Assembly (NCBI GenBank): GCA_963665095.1
Contig: OY762069.1
Coordinates: 1,344,001-1,408,000, forward strand
Length of the DNA stretch: 64,000 nucleotides
Direction: 5' to 3'
Source of the DNA: an uncultured Desulfobacter sp.
GTDB lineage: Bacteria; Desulfobacterota; Desulfobacteria; Desulfobacterales; Desulfobacteraceae
The number at the start of each line of letters is the position of its first letter. Positions within the stretch are counted from its first letter, which is position 1. The notes beneath the pieces are model-generated. The model ran no database searches. It worked only from the letters and a program-made list of their open reading frames with translations, and was not told the origin of the DNA. The position numbers and the translations under genes are program-made. Of this stretch, positions 29,335 through 38,939 are shown one piece after another.

Positions 29335-30165
29335 ATGTATTTCGCCGGCATTGACATCGGTTCGACCATGACAAAGGTGGTGGTAATCGATGAAAAAATG
29401 AGCGTGCTTTCGTCCGTGATCGGCCCCACAGGGGTTGAGCACCGCCATCTTGCGTTTGCCGTGATGGAGGACGCCCTGGAGAAAATCGGGGTGGGTATTG
29501 ATCAGGTGGATTTCATTGTGGCCACCGGGTACGGCCGGATCAATGTGCCCTTTGCAGACCGGCAGGTGACGGAGATTACCTGTCATGCCAGGGGAATTCA
29601 TTGGCTTTTCCCGTCAGCCAGGGTGATCATTGATATCGGCGGACAGGATTCCAAGGGCATCAAACTGGATGACCAGGGAAAAGTCATTAATTTTGCCATG
29701 AATGACAAATGTGCTGCCGGGACGGGGCGTTTTCTTGAAGTGATCGCAGAAACCCTTGGCCTCTCCCTTGAACAGATGGGCGAGGTATCCCTCAAGGCAG
29801 ACAAGCCGGTTCCTATTTCCAATATGTGCACTGTATTTGCAGAGCATGAGGTCACCTCTCACCTGGCAGAAGGCGCAGGGGTGCCGGAAATTGTTGCCGG
29901 CCTCCATGCGGCCATCGCTGCCAGGGTCGTCAATATGGTAAGACACCTTGGCATACGTGAGGATGTGGTTTTTACCGGAGGCGGGGCCAAAAATATCGGA
30001 CTGATCAAAGCGCTGGAAGAAAAGATCGGCCAAAACGTGTTTACTGCGCCAGAACCCCTGATCACCGGAGCGCTTGGCGCAGCCCTCTCTGGAAAAATTT
30101 TTACTGACAAGGGGGTCAGGCGCACAAGCGTAAGGAAACAAAAGGGGGTCACTTTTTTCTCATGA
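29335..30165 (+). CDS. ATP-dependent electron activase (HgdC/BzdQ-like, ASKHA fold)
   Basis: GIDIGSTMTK, ATGYGR, TEITCHARG, DIGGQDSK, NDKCAAGTGRF and CTVFAE. Confidence 0.92.
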   Translation: MYFAGIDIGSTMTKVVVIDEKMSVLSSVIGPTGVEHRHLAFAVMEDALEKIGVGIDQVDFIVATGYGRINVPFADRQVTEITCHARGIHWLFPSARVIIDIGGQDSKGIKLDDQGKVINFAMNDKCAAGTGRFLEVIAETLGLSLEQMGEVSLKADKPVPISNMCTVFAEHEVTSHLAEGAGVPEIVAGLHAAIAARVVNMVRHLGIREDVVFTGGGAKNIGLIKALEEKIGQNVFTAPEPLITGALGAALSGKIFTDKGVRRTSVRKQKGVTFFS

Positions 30166-30947
30166 AAACAGACCAGACATTTTTAGGACTGGATATCGGC
30201 TCTGTGTCGATCAAGGCAGCTGTTGTCCGCCGGCAGACCCTGATCGCATCTCAAATTCTGCCCTCCGGCGGCACCTATCGGGAAACGGCCCGTAAAGTCA
30301 TGGAGGCTGTTCTTAAAGACAGCGGCATGGATGAAAATCAGATCACCGGCACCCTTGTCACAGGAATGGGGGCGGAACGCGTTCCCTTTGATGCCCCTGT
30401 GGTCTCAGACATTTCATGCCAGGCTGCCGGGTGTCACGGTCTTTTCCCCTCGGCAAGGACTCTGATCGACATCGGCGGCCAGTTTACGAAAGTTGCCCGG
30501 ATCACACCCAAAGGACAAATCGCAGATTTTCTGATCAGTGAAAAATGTGCCACTGGTTCGGGGCGGTTTCTGCAGGTCATCAGCCGCATTCTGCAGGTCC
30601 GGTTCGAGGAGATCGGCCCGTTGTCATTAACCGCACTAAACCCTGTAAAATTTTCAACAAACTGCGCTGTTTTTGCAGAATCTGAAACGGTTTCCCGGAT
30701 TGCAGAAGGGGCAAAACCTGCGGATATCCTTGCAGGTGTCCACCGTGCCATGGCATCAAAGGTGGCCATGCTGGTCAAGCGTGTAAAAATGGAACCGGAT
30801 GTGGTTGTGACCGGAGGCGGCGGCGTGGATGAGGGACTTGCCGATGCCATCGGCCAGTCTTTGGGAATAGAGGTCGTTGTTCCGGCAACCCCCAGGATAA
30901 CGGCTGCATTTGGTGCTGCCTGCCTGGCAGAGAAAAGATCAATTTAA
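30162..30947 (+). CDS. Second ATP-dependent activase subunit (BzdP/BcrD-like)
   Basis: GLDIGS, DIGGQ, EKCATGSGRF and CAVFAESE; 4-nt overlap with the previous gene. Confidence 0.9.
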   Translation: MKTDQTFLGLDIGSVSIKAAVVRRQTLIASQILPSGGTYRETARKVMEAVLKDSGMDENQITGTLVTGMGAERVPFDAPVVSDISCQAAGCHGLFPSARTLIDIGGQFTKVARITPKGQIADFLISEKCATGSGRFLQVISRILQVRFEEIGPLSLTALNPVKFSTNCAVFAESETVSRIAEGAKPADILAGVHRAMASKVAMLVKRVKMEPDVVVTGGGGVDEGLADAIGQSLGIEVVVPATPRITAAFGAACLAEKRSI

Positions 30948-31052
30948 GAAAAATACATTTTCACTATGAAAATGGCCTGTATCACCCTGCCCTTTGGGTT
31001 CAACCTGTTTATGATGATGGGTAAATACAGACACAGCTTTCAGATCCATGGA

Positions 31053-31082
31053 TTGACACCCGACAGTGAGCAGGGGTATAAC
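31053..31082 (+). promoter_or_regulatory. Sigma70-type promoter for recJ
   Basis: TTGACA-N18-TATAAC ending 11 nt before ATG 31094. Confidence 0.5.
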
Positions 31083-31093
31083 CCACCCATTCC

Positions 31094-32797
31094 ATGGATA
31101 TTAAACTGACATATGCGGCCCCTGACCATGCAATTTCCAGCAGACTTGCAAAGGCCCTGAACTGCCATCCCATCATTGCCGGCCTTCTGGCTGACAGAGG
31201 TATAACAACACCTGAGGATGCCCGCTTTTTCCTGCAGCCGGATTACTCACATCTCACCAGTCCCTTTGAGCTGAAGGATATGGACCGGGCTGTTCAACGC
31301 ATCTGTACAGCTGTGGAAAATAAAGAAAAAATTCTGATTTTCGGTGATTTTGATGCCGACGGTGTCACTGCCACCGCCATGCTCTACCAGTTTTTATCCA
31401 TTGTGGAGGCGAATCTGACCTGGTATGTGCCCCACCGGACCAAAGAGGGGTACAGCCTGCACCCCCCCCATATTGAGATGGCCGCAGCCATGAACGTCGA
31501 TCTGATTATCACCGTGGACTGCGGAATCGGTTCACAACAGGCGGTATTAGCCGCTGCCCGTGAAGATATTGACGTAATCATCACCGACCACCATGAACCG
31601 GATGACATGATTCCCGACGCCTTTGCCATTATCAACCCCAAGCAGGCAAACTGCGGTTCACGGCTTGATTACCTGGCAGGTGTGGGTGTGGCCTTTTACC
31701 TGGTCATGGCATTGCGCAAGACATTCAGGGATCAGGGACTTTGGGAGGTGTATCCGGAACCACAGCTCTTTGAGTATCTGGATTTGTTCGCCATTGGCAC
31801 CATTGGGGACATGGTGCCCCTGATCGGCGACAACAGGGTGCTGTGCGTGGCCGGCATGAGGCGGATCCGGCAGGGCCTGCGCCCGGCCGTGGCATCCATG
31901 GCACGCTCCCTGCGACTTGACATCAGTAAAATAGACTCAGATGATATTTCATTTAAAATTGTACCGCGGCTGAATGCCGCCGGCCGGATCTCTCATGCCA
32001 GGATATGCGTGTCCCATCTGACCTGCCCGACCCCTGCACAGACAGATACCATGGCCATGGTTCTGGACGAACTGAACTCAAAGCGCCGGATCATTGAAAA
32101 AGAGATTGTCCAGGATATTGAACAGCGCATTGCCCTGGATCCCTCCATCCTTGACCACAAGCTCATTGTCCTGTGGGACTCCGGGTGGGAGTCTTCCGTG
32201 CTGGGCATTGCCGCCTCCAGACTGGCCCGTAAGTATGTCTGTCCTGTGGTGCTGCTCAGCCTGTCCGATGATCTTGCCAAAGGGTCCTGCCGCAGCATCA
32301 ACCAGATCAATATCCATGATGCCCTCTCCCAGGTGCGCCATCTTCTGGAGACCTTTGGCGGGCACACCATGGCAGCCGGTCTTTCCGTTAAAAAGGAGAA
32401 CCTTGCCAAAGTGAAGCCGGCACTGGCCCGGATACTGGCATCAACCTGCACGGATCAGGATTTCATGCCGGTCCGGATGATTGACGCGGTGGTTGACATT
32501 TCAGACATTACACCGGAACTTGTCCGGCAGATAGACATGCTTCGGCCCTTTGGTACCGGTAATCCCGAACCGGTATTCCTGCTGCGGAACATGTGGGTGG
32601 CATCTTCCCATATCATCGGCGGCTGCCACCGGAAAATGGTCCTGCGGGACGAAAACAGCGAACACAAGGTGGAAGCCCTTCACTTTAATCTGGCCGATAC
32701 CACCAGCCTTCCAGGTTTTTTCCCGAAGCTTCCGATCAAACTTAAATCCGACCGGTTTCATCAAGACAGTATTCAGGTGATTGTGCAGGATCTGTAA
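31094..32797 (+). CDS. recJ: Single-stranded-DNA-specific exonuclease RecJ
   Basis: GDFDADG, TVDCG, TDHH, PRLNAAGR and GGHTMAAG. Confidence 0.96.
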   Translation: MDIKLTYAAPDHAISSRLAKALNCHPIIAGLLADRGITTPEDARFFLQPDYSHLTSPFELKDMDRAVQRICTAVENKEKILIFGDFDADGVTATAMLYQFLSIVEANLTWYVPHRTKEGYSLHPPHIEMAAAMNVDLIITVDCGIGSQQAVLAAAREDIDVIITDHHEPDDMIPDAFAIINPKQANCGSRLDYLAGVGVAFYLVMALRKTFRDQGLWEVYPEPQLFEYLDLFAIGTIGDMVPLIGDNRVLCVAGMRRIRQGLRPAVASMARSLRLDISKIDSDDISFKIVPRLNAAGRISHARICVSHLTCPTPAQTDTMAMVLDELNSKRRIIEKEIVQDIEQRIALDPSILDHKLIVLWDSGWESSVLGIAASRLARKYVCPVVLLSLSDDLAKGSCRSINQINIHDALSQVRHLLETFGGHTMAAGLSVKKENLAKVKPALARILASTCTDQDFMPVRMIDAVVDISDITPELVRQIDMLRPFGTGNPEPVFLLRNMWVASSHIIGGCHRKMVLRDENSEHKVEALHFNLADTTSLPGFFPKLPIKLKSDRFHQDSIQVIVQDL

Positions 32798-32968
32798 ACG
32801 GTTTTTGCCCATGTTAATCGGGTTGCCGGATCTGAAATCAACGTCTGTGAACCCTACCTTAAATTTAAAGTTGCATTTTCAGTCAGGTGGTGATTAGCTG
32901 AAGCGGTTAACAGCCTTTTTTATAAAGCGTACTATTCAAATCAAATTTTATTATGGATCATCAACGTT

Positions 32969-35632
32969 ATGTTTGGGATTTCCCGGACAAATTATCTGAT
33001 TTTATTTTTATTGGCACTGGGCTTCATGTCCATGACAACAGTGCCCTGTCCTGCTTTGGGTCAGCCTGAAGCAATTCAGCTCTCTTCTGAAGAACAGGCA
33101 TTTCTTAAACAACATCCCCGCATTGTTATTGGCATTGAACAAGAGTGGGAACCTGCTGCCATCGTCCGGAAAGACGGTGCTGTGGTCGGATATGATGTGG
33201 ATATTCTGGCGCGGATCAACCAGAATACCGGAGCAAATTTCACCCTGCAGTTAGGCCACTGGAAGGACCTTCTGGAAAAAGCAAAAAACCGAGAAATTGA
33301 TGGTCTTGGCGGTACGTCAGTATCAGAACAAAGGAAAACGTATTTTAATTTCTCCGACCGGTATTGTCGTCTTGTCAGAATGGTCATGGTTCTGAAGGGG
33401 AATCCGCTCAATATTAAACGCTTTGGCGATCTCAGGGATAAAAGAATTTCAATTCAGAAGGGAAATCAGTTTGATGAAGAAACCGTTAAAAGACTGCCAT
33501 CAGCAACTATTATCCGTACTGATACCGCAGCCGAGCTGATATCTGCACTGATCCATGGAAAAGCTGATGCAGCCTTCGGTCATGGCGTTTACATGTATCT
33601 GGCCGGAAAACTGGGGATCAGCACCCTGCAGTTCGCCTTTGCCATGGACCAGGAACTTGACATACACTTTTCCCTGCGCAATGACTGGCCTCTGGCTTTG
33701 AGCATTATGAACAAGGGATTACGTGGGATTCCTGAGGATGAGTATAACCGGATTTATGTTAAATGGCTTGGGGCGGCACCTGAAAAACCGTTTGATTCCC
33801 TTCTTTTTATTAAAATTGCCCTGCCTCTGGCCCTGGCCGGTGCACTGTTTCTGGTTTTCTATTTCAGAAAAATTAATCAGCAGCTTTTATTTGCCCAGAA
33901 GGAGCTGAAAAAAGACATATATGACCGCAAAAAAGCCCAGGCCGAACTTGACTGGGAATCCCGGGTCAACAAGGCTCAGGCCGACCTGGGCAACGCGCTG
34001 ATATCCCTGGACCAGGGTATTGAGGATATTGCCGGCAAAGTGCTTTCCAGTGCCCAGGCCCTTACTAGAAGCGAATACGGGTTTGTGGCTGAAATAGACA
34101 GAAAAAACCATGACTGCAGGGTCTATACCCAGACCAGCATGTTTGAAGATGCGGGGAAGTCAAGCCAGATTGTTATTTTTCCCAGGGGAAAGGACGGGCT
34201 GTATCACGGATTATGGGGACATGCTTTGAATACAGGCCAAGCCTTTTACACCAACACCCCTGCCAGCCATCCCCAATCCCAAGGCCTGCCCCAGGGTCAT
34301 GTCCCACTGAACCGTTTTCTATCCGTGCCAGTTAAATACGGAGGTGCTGTTACAGGGCTGATTGCGCTTGCCAACCCGCCCCAGGACTTTATTGACAGCC
34401 ATATCGGTGCGGTTCAGCAACTGGCGGACCTCTACGCCCTTGCCATCCAGCGAAACCGCGATCAGGAGGACGGTCAGCTTATTGAAACCCAGCTTCGCCA
34501 GGCCCAGAAAATGGAATCTCTGGGTACCCTTGCCGGGGGCATTGCCCACGATTTCAACAACATCTTATCTGCCATCATCGGGTATTCCGAACTGGCCCTG
34601 TGGGAAGTGGAGGCGGATAAAAACAATGCCCCATCCATCAGGCAGATTATTAAGGCAGGCAGCCGCGCCAGTGACCTGGTGGAACAAATCATGGCTTTCA
34701 GCCGGAAAATGGATCCGGTACTAAGACCCCTTGACCTGAACCAGGTTATCCGAGATACAAAAAAAATGCTGGAACGGACCTTTCCTGGAATGATCAGCAT
34801 TGAACTGCTGCTGTCAGATGATTTGTGGCAGATTAATGCAGACCCGGGCAATATGACCCAGGTACTGATCAATCTATGTGCCAATGCCAAGGATGCCATG
34901 CCGGATGGCGGCAGGATCGTTATTGAAACCGGCAACCTGATACTGGATGGTCTGACAGCAGCCCGGCACGCCCAGGCAGCCCCCGGCAGATATGTCCGGC
35001 TCGCGGTCCTGGACACAGGGTGCGGCATGGACCAGGAAACCGTTGAATGTATTTTTGATCCTTTCTTTACCAGCAAGGAGGTGGGCAAGGGTACCGGGCT
35101 TGGATTATCTACTGTTTACGGCATCATCACAAGCCATGGCGGGCATATCGAGTGTTCCAGTACACCTGGCACGGGAACGACTTTTAATATCTATCTGCCG
35201 TCCATGCAATCTGAAAACAGTTCTGGAAAGTTGGAAAAACAAAAAGGTGGTAATATTCAGGGCCATGCGGAAACCATTCTTCTGGTGGATGATGAAGTGC
35301 AAATTCGTAAAATCTGGAACAAACAGCTGACGCACTGGGGGTATCAGGTTATTACGGCTGGTTCCGGCGAAGAAGCCCTGAACATTTATCAGAAAAATAT
35401 AGATACCATTGATCTTGTTATTTTGGATATCAGTATGCCTGGGATGGGCGGGCACAAAGCCATGGAAAAGCTGCTGGACCTGGGAACAGGCATTAAAATC
35501 ATTATTTCAAGCGGATATTCGCTTACCGGCAGTTTAAAAGATGTTGAGACTAAGGGGGCTGCCGGCTTTATATCCAAACCGTTCAGCGCCACGGAAATGC
35601 TTGAAAAGATCAGAGAAGTACTGGATTCTTAA
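32969..35632 (+). CDS. Hybrid sensor kinase: periplasmic SBP-3 domain, TM, GAF, HisKA, HATPase, REC
   Basis: LSSEEQAFL/PBP domain, TM helix, GHVPLNRFLSVP, AHDFNN, GTGLGL, LVDDE and DISMPG. Confidence 0.92.
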   Translation: MFGISRTNYLILFLLALGFMSMTTVPCPALGQPEAIQLSSEEQAFLKQHPRIVIGIEQEWEPAAIVRKDGAVVGYDVDILARINQNTGANFTLQLGHWKDLLEKAKNREIDGLGGTSVSEQRKTYFNFSDRYCRLVRMVMVLKGNPLNIKRFGDLRDKRISIQKGNQFDEETVKRLPSATIIRTDTAAELISALIHGKADAAFGHGVYMYLAGKLGISTLQFAFAMDQELDIHFSLRNDWPLALSIMNKGLRGIPEDEYNRIYVKWLGAAPEKPFDSLLFIKIALPLALAGALFLVFYFRKINQQLLFAQKELKKDIYDRKKAQAELDWESRVNKAQADLGNALISLDQGIEDIAGKVLSSAQALTRSEYGFVAEIDRKNHDCRVYTQTSMFEDAGKSSQIVIFPRGKDGLYHGLWGHALNTGQAFYTNTPASHPQSQGLPQGHVPLNRFLSVPVKYGGAVTGLIALANPPQDFIDSHIGAVQQLADLYALAIQRNRDQEDGQLIETQLRQAQKMESLGTLAGGIAHDFNNILSAIIGYSELALWEVEADKNNAPSIRQIIKAGSRASDLVEQIMAFSRKMDPVLRPLDLNQVIRDTKKMLERTFPGMISIELLLSDDLWQINADPGNMTQVLINLCANAKDAMPDGGRIVIETGNLILDGLTAARHAQAAPGRYVRLAVLDTGCGMDQETVECIFDPFFTSKEVGKGTGLGLSTVYGIITSHGGHIECSSTPGTGTTFNIYLPSMQSENSSGKLEKQKGGNIQGHAETILLVDDEVQIRKIWNKQLTHWGYQVITAGSGEEALNIYQKNIDTIDLVILDISMPGMGGHKAMEKLLDLGTGIKIIISSGYSLTGSLKDVETKGAAGFISKPFSATEMLEKIREVLDS

Positions 35633-35670
35633 GAACGTGTGTACTCTGCATTTTCTTTGTTTTTCACCAG

Positions 35671-36648
35671 TTACAGCTGTTTTACAACTAAAAAAACAAG
35701 CCATGCAGTGTAACTTAGATATACGGTTAAAAGCCCTGCCCCCTCAAACCGGTTAATGCGTCCAGGTCTGCCTTTGAATCCGTAACCAATAATAAAAAGC
35801 GACACGGTCAGGCTCCCCATGACAACCATATCCCGGTACAAGGTCTCAGGCGCCACGGCCAGGGGGTGAATGGAGCAAGAGATACCGGCCACGGCCAGGG
35901 TATTAAACAGATTGGAACCCAGCACGTTTCCAAGGGCTAGGTCGTGCTCTCCCTTGCGGGCCGCAAGAATCGCGGAGGCCAGTTCCGGAAGAGAGGTCCC
36001 CACCGCAGCAACAGTCAGCCCGATGATCATATCGCTCACGCCAAAAATTCTGGCAATCTCCACAGCCCCCCATAGGAAAATTCGGGACCCGGCAACCAGC
36101 AGCACCATCCCTGCCACAAGCCAGAAAACAGCGTTTTTCAGCGGCATGATTTTCTCGGCACCAGCCTTTTCCATCTCCCTGGCCAGAGGGTCTGATGCTT
36201 GTTTCATTCCCTGCAGGATTGTCCATCCCATGAGGGTAAAAAATACCAGCAGCAGGATAATACCGTCAATTCTTGACAGATAGAGGTCAAACAAAAGTAC
36301 AATGGCAAGGGTGGTAACACCGGTAAGAATGGGCAATTCATTGCGCAAAATTTTAGAGCGTACCATCAGCGGATTTACCAGGGCTGTCACACCCAGTATC
36401 AGGGCAATATTTGCAATATTAGAGCCATACGCATTCCCCAGTCCGATGCCTGAGTTCCCGTTAATAGCGGCCAGCGCGGAAACAACCATTTCAGGGGCAG
36501 AGGTCCCGAATCCCACAATGACCATGCCAATAACCAGTGAGGGCATGTTGAGATGGCGTGCCGTGGACGCCGCGCCCTCCACAAACCGGTCAGCACTCCA
36601 CACAAGCAGTGCAAGACCTGCAATCACAGCCAGAACAGCCATTGTCAT
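35671..36648 (-). CDS. Calcium/sodium antiporter (YrbG-like, CaCA family)
   Basis: Alpha repeats GTSAPE...GNAYGSN and GTSLPE...GNVLGSN. Confidence 0.93.
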   Translation of the reverse strand: MTMAVLAVIAGLALLVWSADRFVEGAASTARHLNMPSLVIGMVIVGFGTSAPEMVVSALAAINGNSGIGLGNAYGSNIANIALILGVTALVNPLMVRSKILRNELPILTGVTTLAIVLLFDLYLSRIDGIILLLVFFTLMGWTILQGMKQASDPLAREMEKAGAEKIMPLKNAVFWLVAGMVLLVAGSRIFLWGAVEIARIFGVSDMIIGLTVAAVGTSLPELASAILAARKGEHDLALGNVLGSNLFNTLAVAGISCSIHPLAVAPETLYRDMVVMGSLTVSLFIIGYGFKGRPGRINRFEGAGLLTVYLSYTAWLVFLVVKQL

Positions 36649-36727
36649 TCAGTCACTCTCCCATCTTCTGAAACGCTGTTTTACCAGGTTCTTCATAGTC
36701 CAGTGCAGCCCTAAATAAACAGGCAGA

Positions 36728-38119
36728 TCAGGATTTTCTCACAAGTAGAGCCACAGACTCAATGTGATAGGTGTGCGGAAACATATCCACCGGCGTCACC
36801 TCCAGTACTGCATACCGGGGAAAGAGCATTTCAAGATCCCTTGCCAGGGTGGCAGGATTGCAGGAGACATAAACAATTTTATCCGGTGAATGCGCCAGAA
36901 CATGCCCCACCACATCTTTATGCATGCCGACCCGCGGGGGGTCAATGATGATGACATCCGGCTTTACCGGCACCTGTCCGAATACATCCTTAATGTCACC
37001 TTCCAGAAAGGTGCAGTTGTCAATGCCGTTAAGACGCACATTTTCATTGGCATCCACCACAGCAAAATGGACGATTTCAATGCCGTAAATCTGTTTTGCC
37101 TGTCTGCTGAGCCATATGGGTATGGTGCCGGTGCCGGAGTAGAGATCCAGAACTGTCTGGGACCCGTCAAGATCGGCATACTCGCTGACTTTTGCATAGA
37201 GTTTTTCACAGGCCCGGGTATTGGTTTGAAAAAAGGAGTTGGCAGAGATCTTGAACTGGAACTCTGAAAGCTTTTCGATAAGATGATCCCTGCCGAAAAT
37301 CAGGTGTTCCTCTTTACCGGTGGAGACCCCGGAGCAGGCATCTGTGATATTATTTACAATGGAGGTGATTTCAGAAAATTTTTCAGTCAGCTGTCCGGCC
37401 AGGGCCTTAATGACATCCGGCCGGTTCTCACGTGTAACAAGGTTCACCATCCACTGATCGCCGGCCACAGAGTGGCGCAGCATCACAAACCGCCAAAAAC
37501 CCTCATGGCTGCGCAGGTGATAGGCGGCAAGGCCGGAACCGGCAACAAACTGCCTGACAGTTTCAAGGATATCGTTACCCAGTGCCGGCATGATGTGACA
37601 GGCACGGATATCAATAACTTTATCAAAAGTCCCGGGCACATGGAGGCCTATACCCATGCCCTTTTTAACAGATTCATCCGCCAGTTCATCCGGCATGAGC
37701 CAGCGCTGGGAAGTGCAGGAAAATTCCATTTTGTTGCGGTATTCAAATATGGGATCCGACGGCACAACATCCGTGACCCGGACATCCTTCAACCGCCCGA
37801 TGTGTGCCAGCGACTCCGTAACATGTCGTTTTTTATATTCAAGCTGGCGTTCATAGGGCAGTTGCTGCCATTTGCACCCGCCGCAGAACCGGCTGTAATC
37901 GCATATAGCTTCCTGGCGTAAAGGGGAAGGCGTAAGGATCTGAATCAGCCGGCCTTCGGCCCAGGACTTCTTTTTTTTAAAAATTTTAACAAAAACCCGG
38001 TCACCGGGAATGCAACGGTCCACAAATACGGGAAAACCGTCAGGTTTGGCCAGACCCTTCCCTCCAAAGGCAAGGTCAATGATGTCAAGTTCGTAGGTTT
38101 TGCTTTTTTTAACGGGCAT
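36728..38119 (-). CDS. rlmD: 23S rRNA (uracil-1939-C5)-methyltransferase
   Basis: TRAM domain, CGGC, SFFQTN, IIDPPR, YVSCNP and DMFPHT. Confidence 0.92.
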   Translation of the reverse strand: MPVKKSKTYELDIIDLAFGGKGLAKPDGFPVFVDRCIPGDRVFVKIFKKKKSWAEGRLIQILTPSPLRQEAICDYSRFCGGCKWQQLPYERQLEYKKRHVTESLAHIGRLKDVRVTDVVPSDPIFEYRNKMEFSCTSQRWLMPDELADESVKKGMGIGLHVPGTFDKVIDIRACHIMPALGNDILETVRQFVAGSGLAAYHLRSHEGFWRFVMLRHSVAGDQWMVNLVTRENRPDVIKALAGQLTEKFSEITSIVNNITDACSGVSTGKEEHLIFGRDHLIEKLSEFQFKISANSFFQTNTRACEKLYAKVSEYADLDGSQTVLDLYSGTGTIPIWLSRQAKQIYGIEIVHFAVVDANENVRLNGIDNCTFLEGDIKDVFGQVPVKPDVIIIDPPRVGMHKDVVGHVLAHSPDKIVYVSCNPATLARDLEMLFPRYAVLEVTPVDMFPHTYHIESVALLVRKS

Positions 38120-38198
38120 TGTATACTATGTGTGTATTGTGATTATTGAAAGATTATAAAAGACGGTAAATATACAAAGTTAAAGACACAAAGACAAG

Positions 38199-38939
38199 AT
38201 GAAAATAATAGAAACCAGATTCAGCTCTGACGAAGTTACCCTTAAGGGGACCCTGCACCTTCCTGAGATCCCTGATCCCCCGCTTGTTGTGGGCTCCCAT
38301 GGTCTTGAAGGCACCAGAAATTCCGCCAAACAGCTTCTGCTGTCAAAGGTACTGCCTGAAAACAATATGGCGTTTTTCCGGTTCGATCACCGGGGCTGCG
38401 GTGACAGCCAGGGTAATTTTATTGATGATACATCCCTTGCCATCCGTACCCGAGATTTTTGTACAGCGGTGACTCATGCATTAAATATGAAGGTCACCTC
38501 AGACCGTGTGGCCCTGTTTGGATCCAGCATGGGCGGAGCCACCTGCATCAGTGCCTGGAAAAGACTTGAACAAGAAGGCCATGCACCCCAGGGGGCTGTA
38601 CTATGTGCCGCCCCCGTGGTCAGCAGCACCATCAAAAATATCCCCCTTGAGGGTAATGACAGCCGCCCTGACCTGCCCTTGAGCTTTTTTACGGAAAATC
38701 TGCTCTTTGACCTGTCAGACCAGACCCAAGCCCTGCACCATGTTATGATCTTTCACGGGGATGCCGATGAGATAGTTCCGGTGGGGAACGCGCACACCCT
38801 CTATGCTGCCATGCAAGCGCCCAAGGAGATTATCATTCACCCCGGCGGCGACCACCAGATGACAAACCGTGATCACCAGCTTGATTTTGAACAGAAAATG
38901 GTTGAATGGTATAAGGCCCTGTTGATTACCACTATTTGA
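38199..38939 (+). CDS. Alpha/beta-fold hydrolase
   Basis: FDHRGCGDS, GSSMGG, HGDADEIVP and GGDH. Confidence 0.88.
   Translation: MKIIETRFSSDEVTLKGTLHLPEIPDPPLVVGSHGLEGTRNSAKQLLLSKVLPENNMAFFRFDHRGCGDSQGNFIDDTSLAIRTRDFCTAVTHALNMKVTSDRVALFGSSMGGATCISAWKRLEQEGHAPQGAVLCAAPVVSSTIKNIPLEGNDSRPDLPLSFFTENLLFDLSDQTQALHHVMIFHGDADEIVPVGNAHTLYAAMQAPKEIIIHPGGDHQMTNRDHQLDFEQKMVEWYKALLITTI

Noticed and set aside
26870..30947. Assigning bcr/bzd/hgd gene symbols
   Set aside because: Family is clear, but reductase versus dehydratase and the substrate cannot be decided by eye
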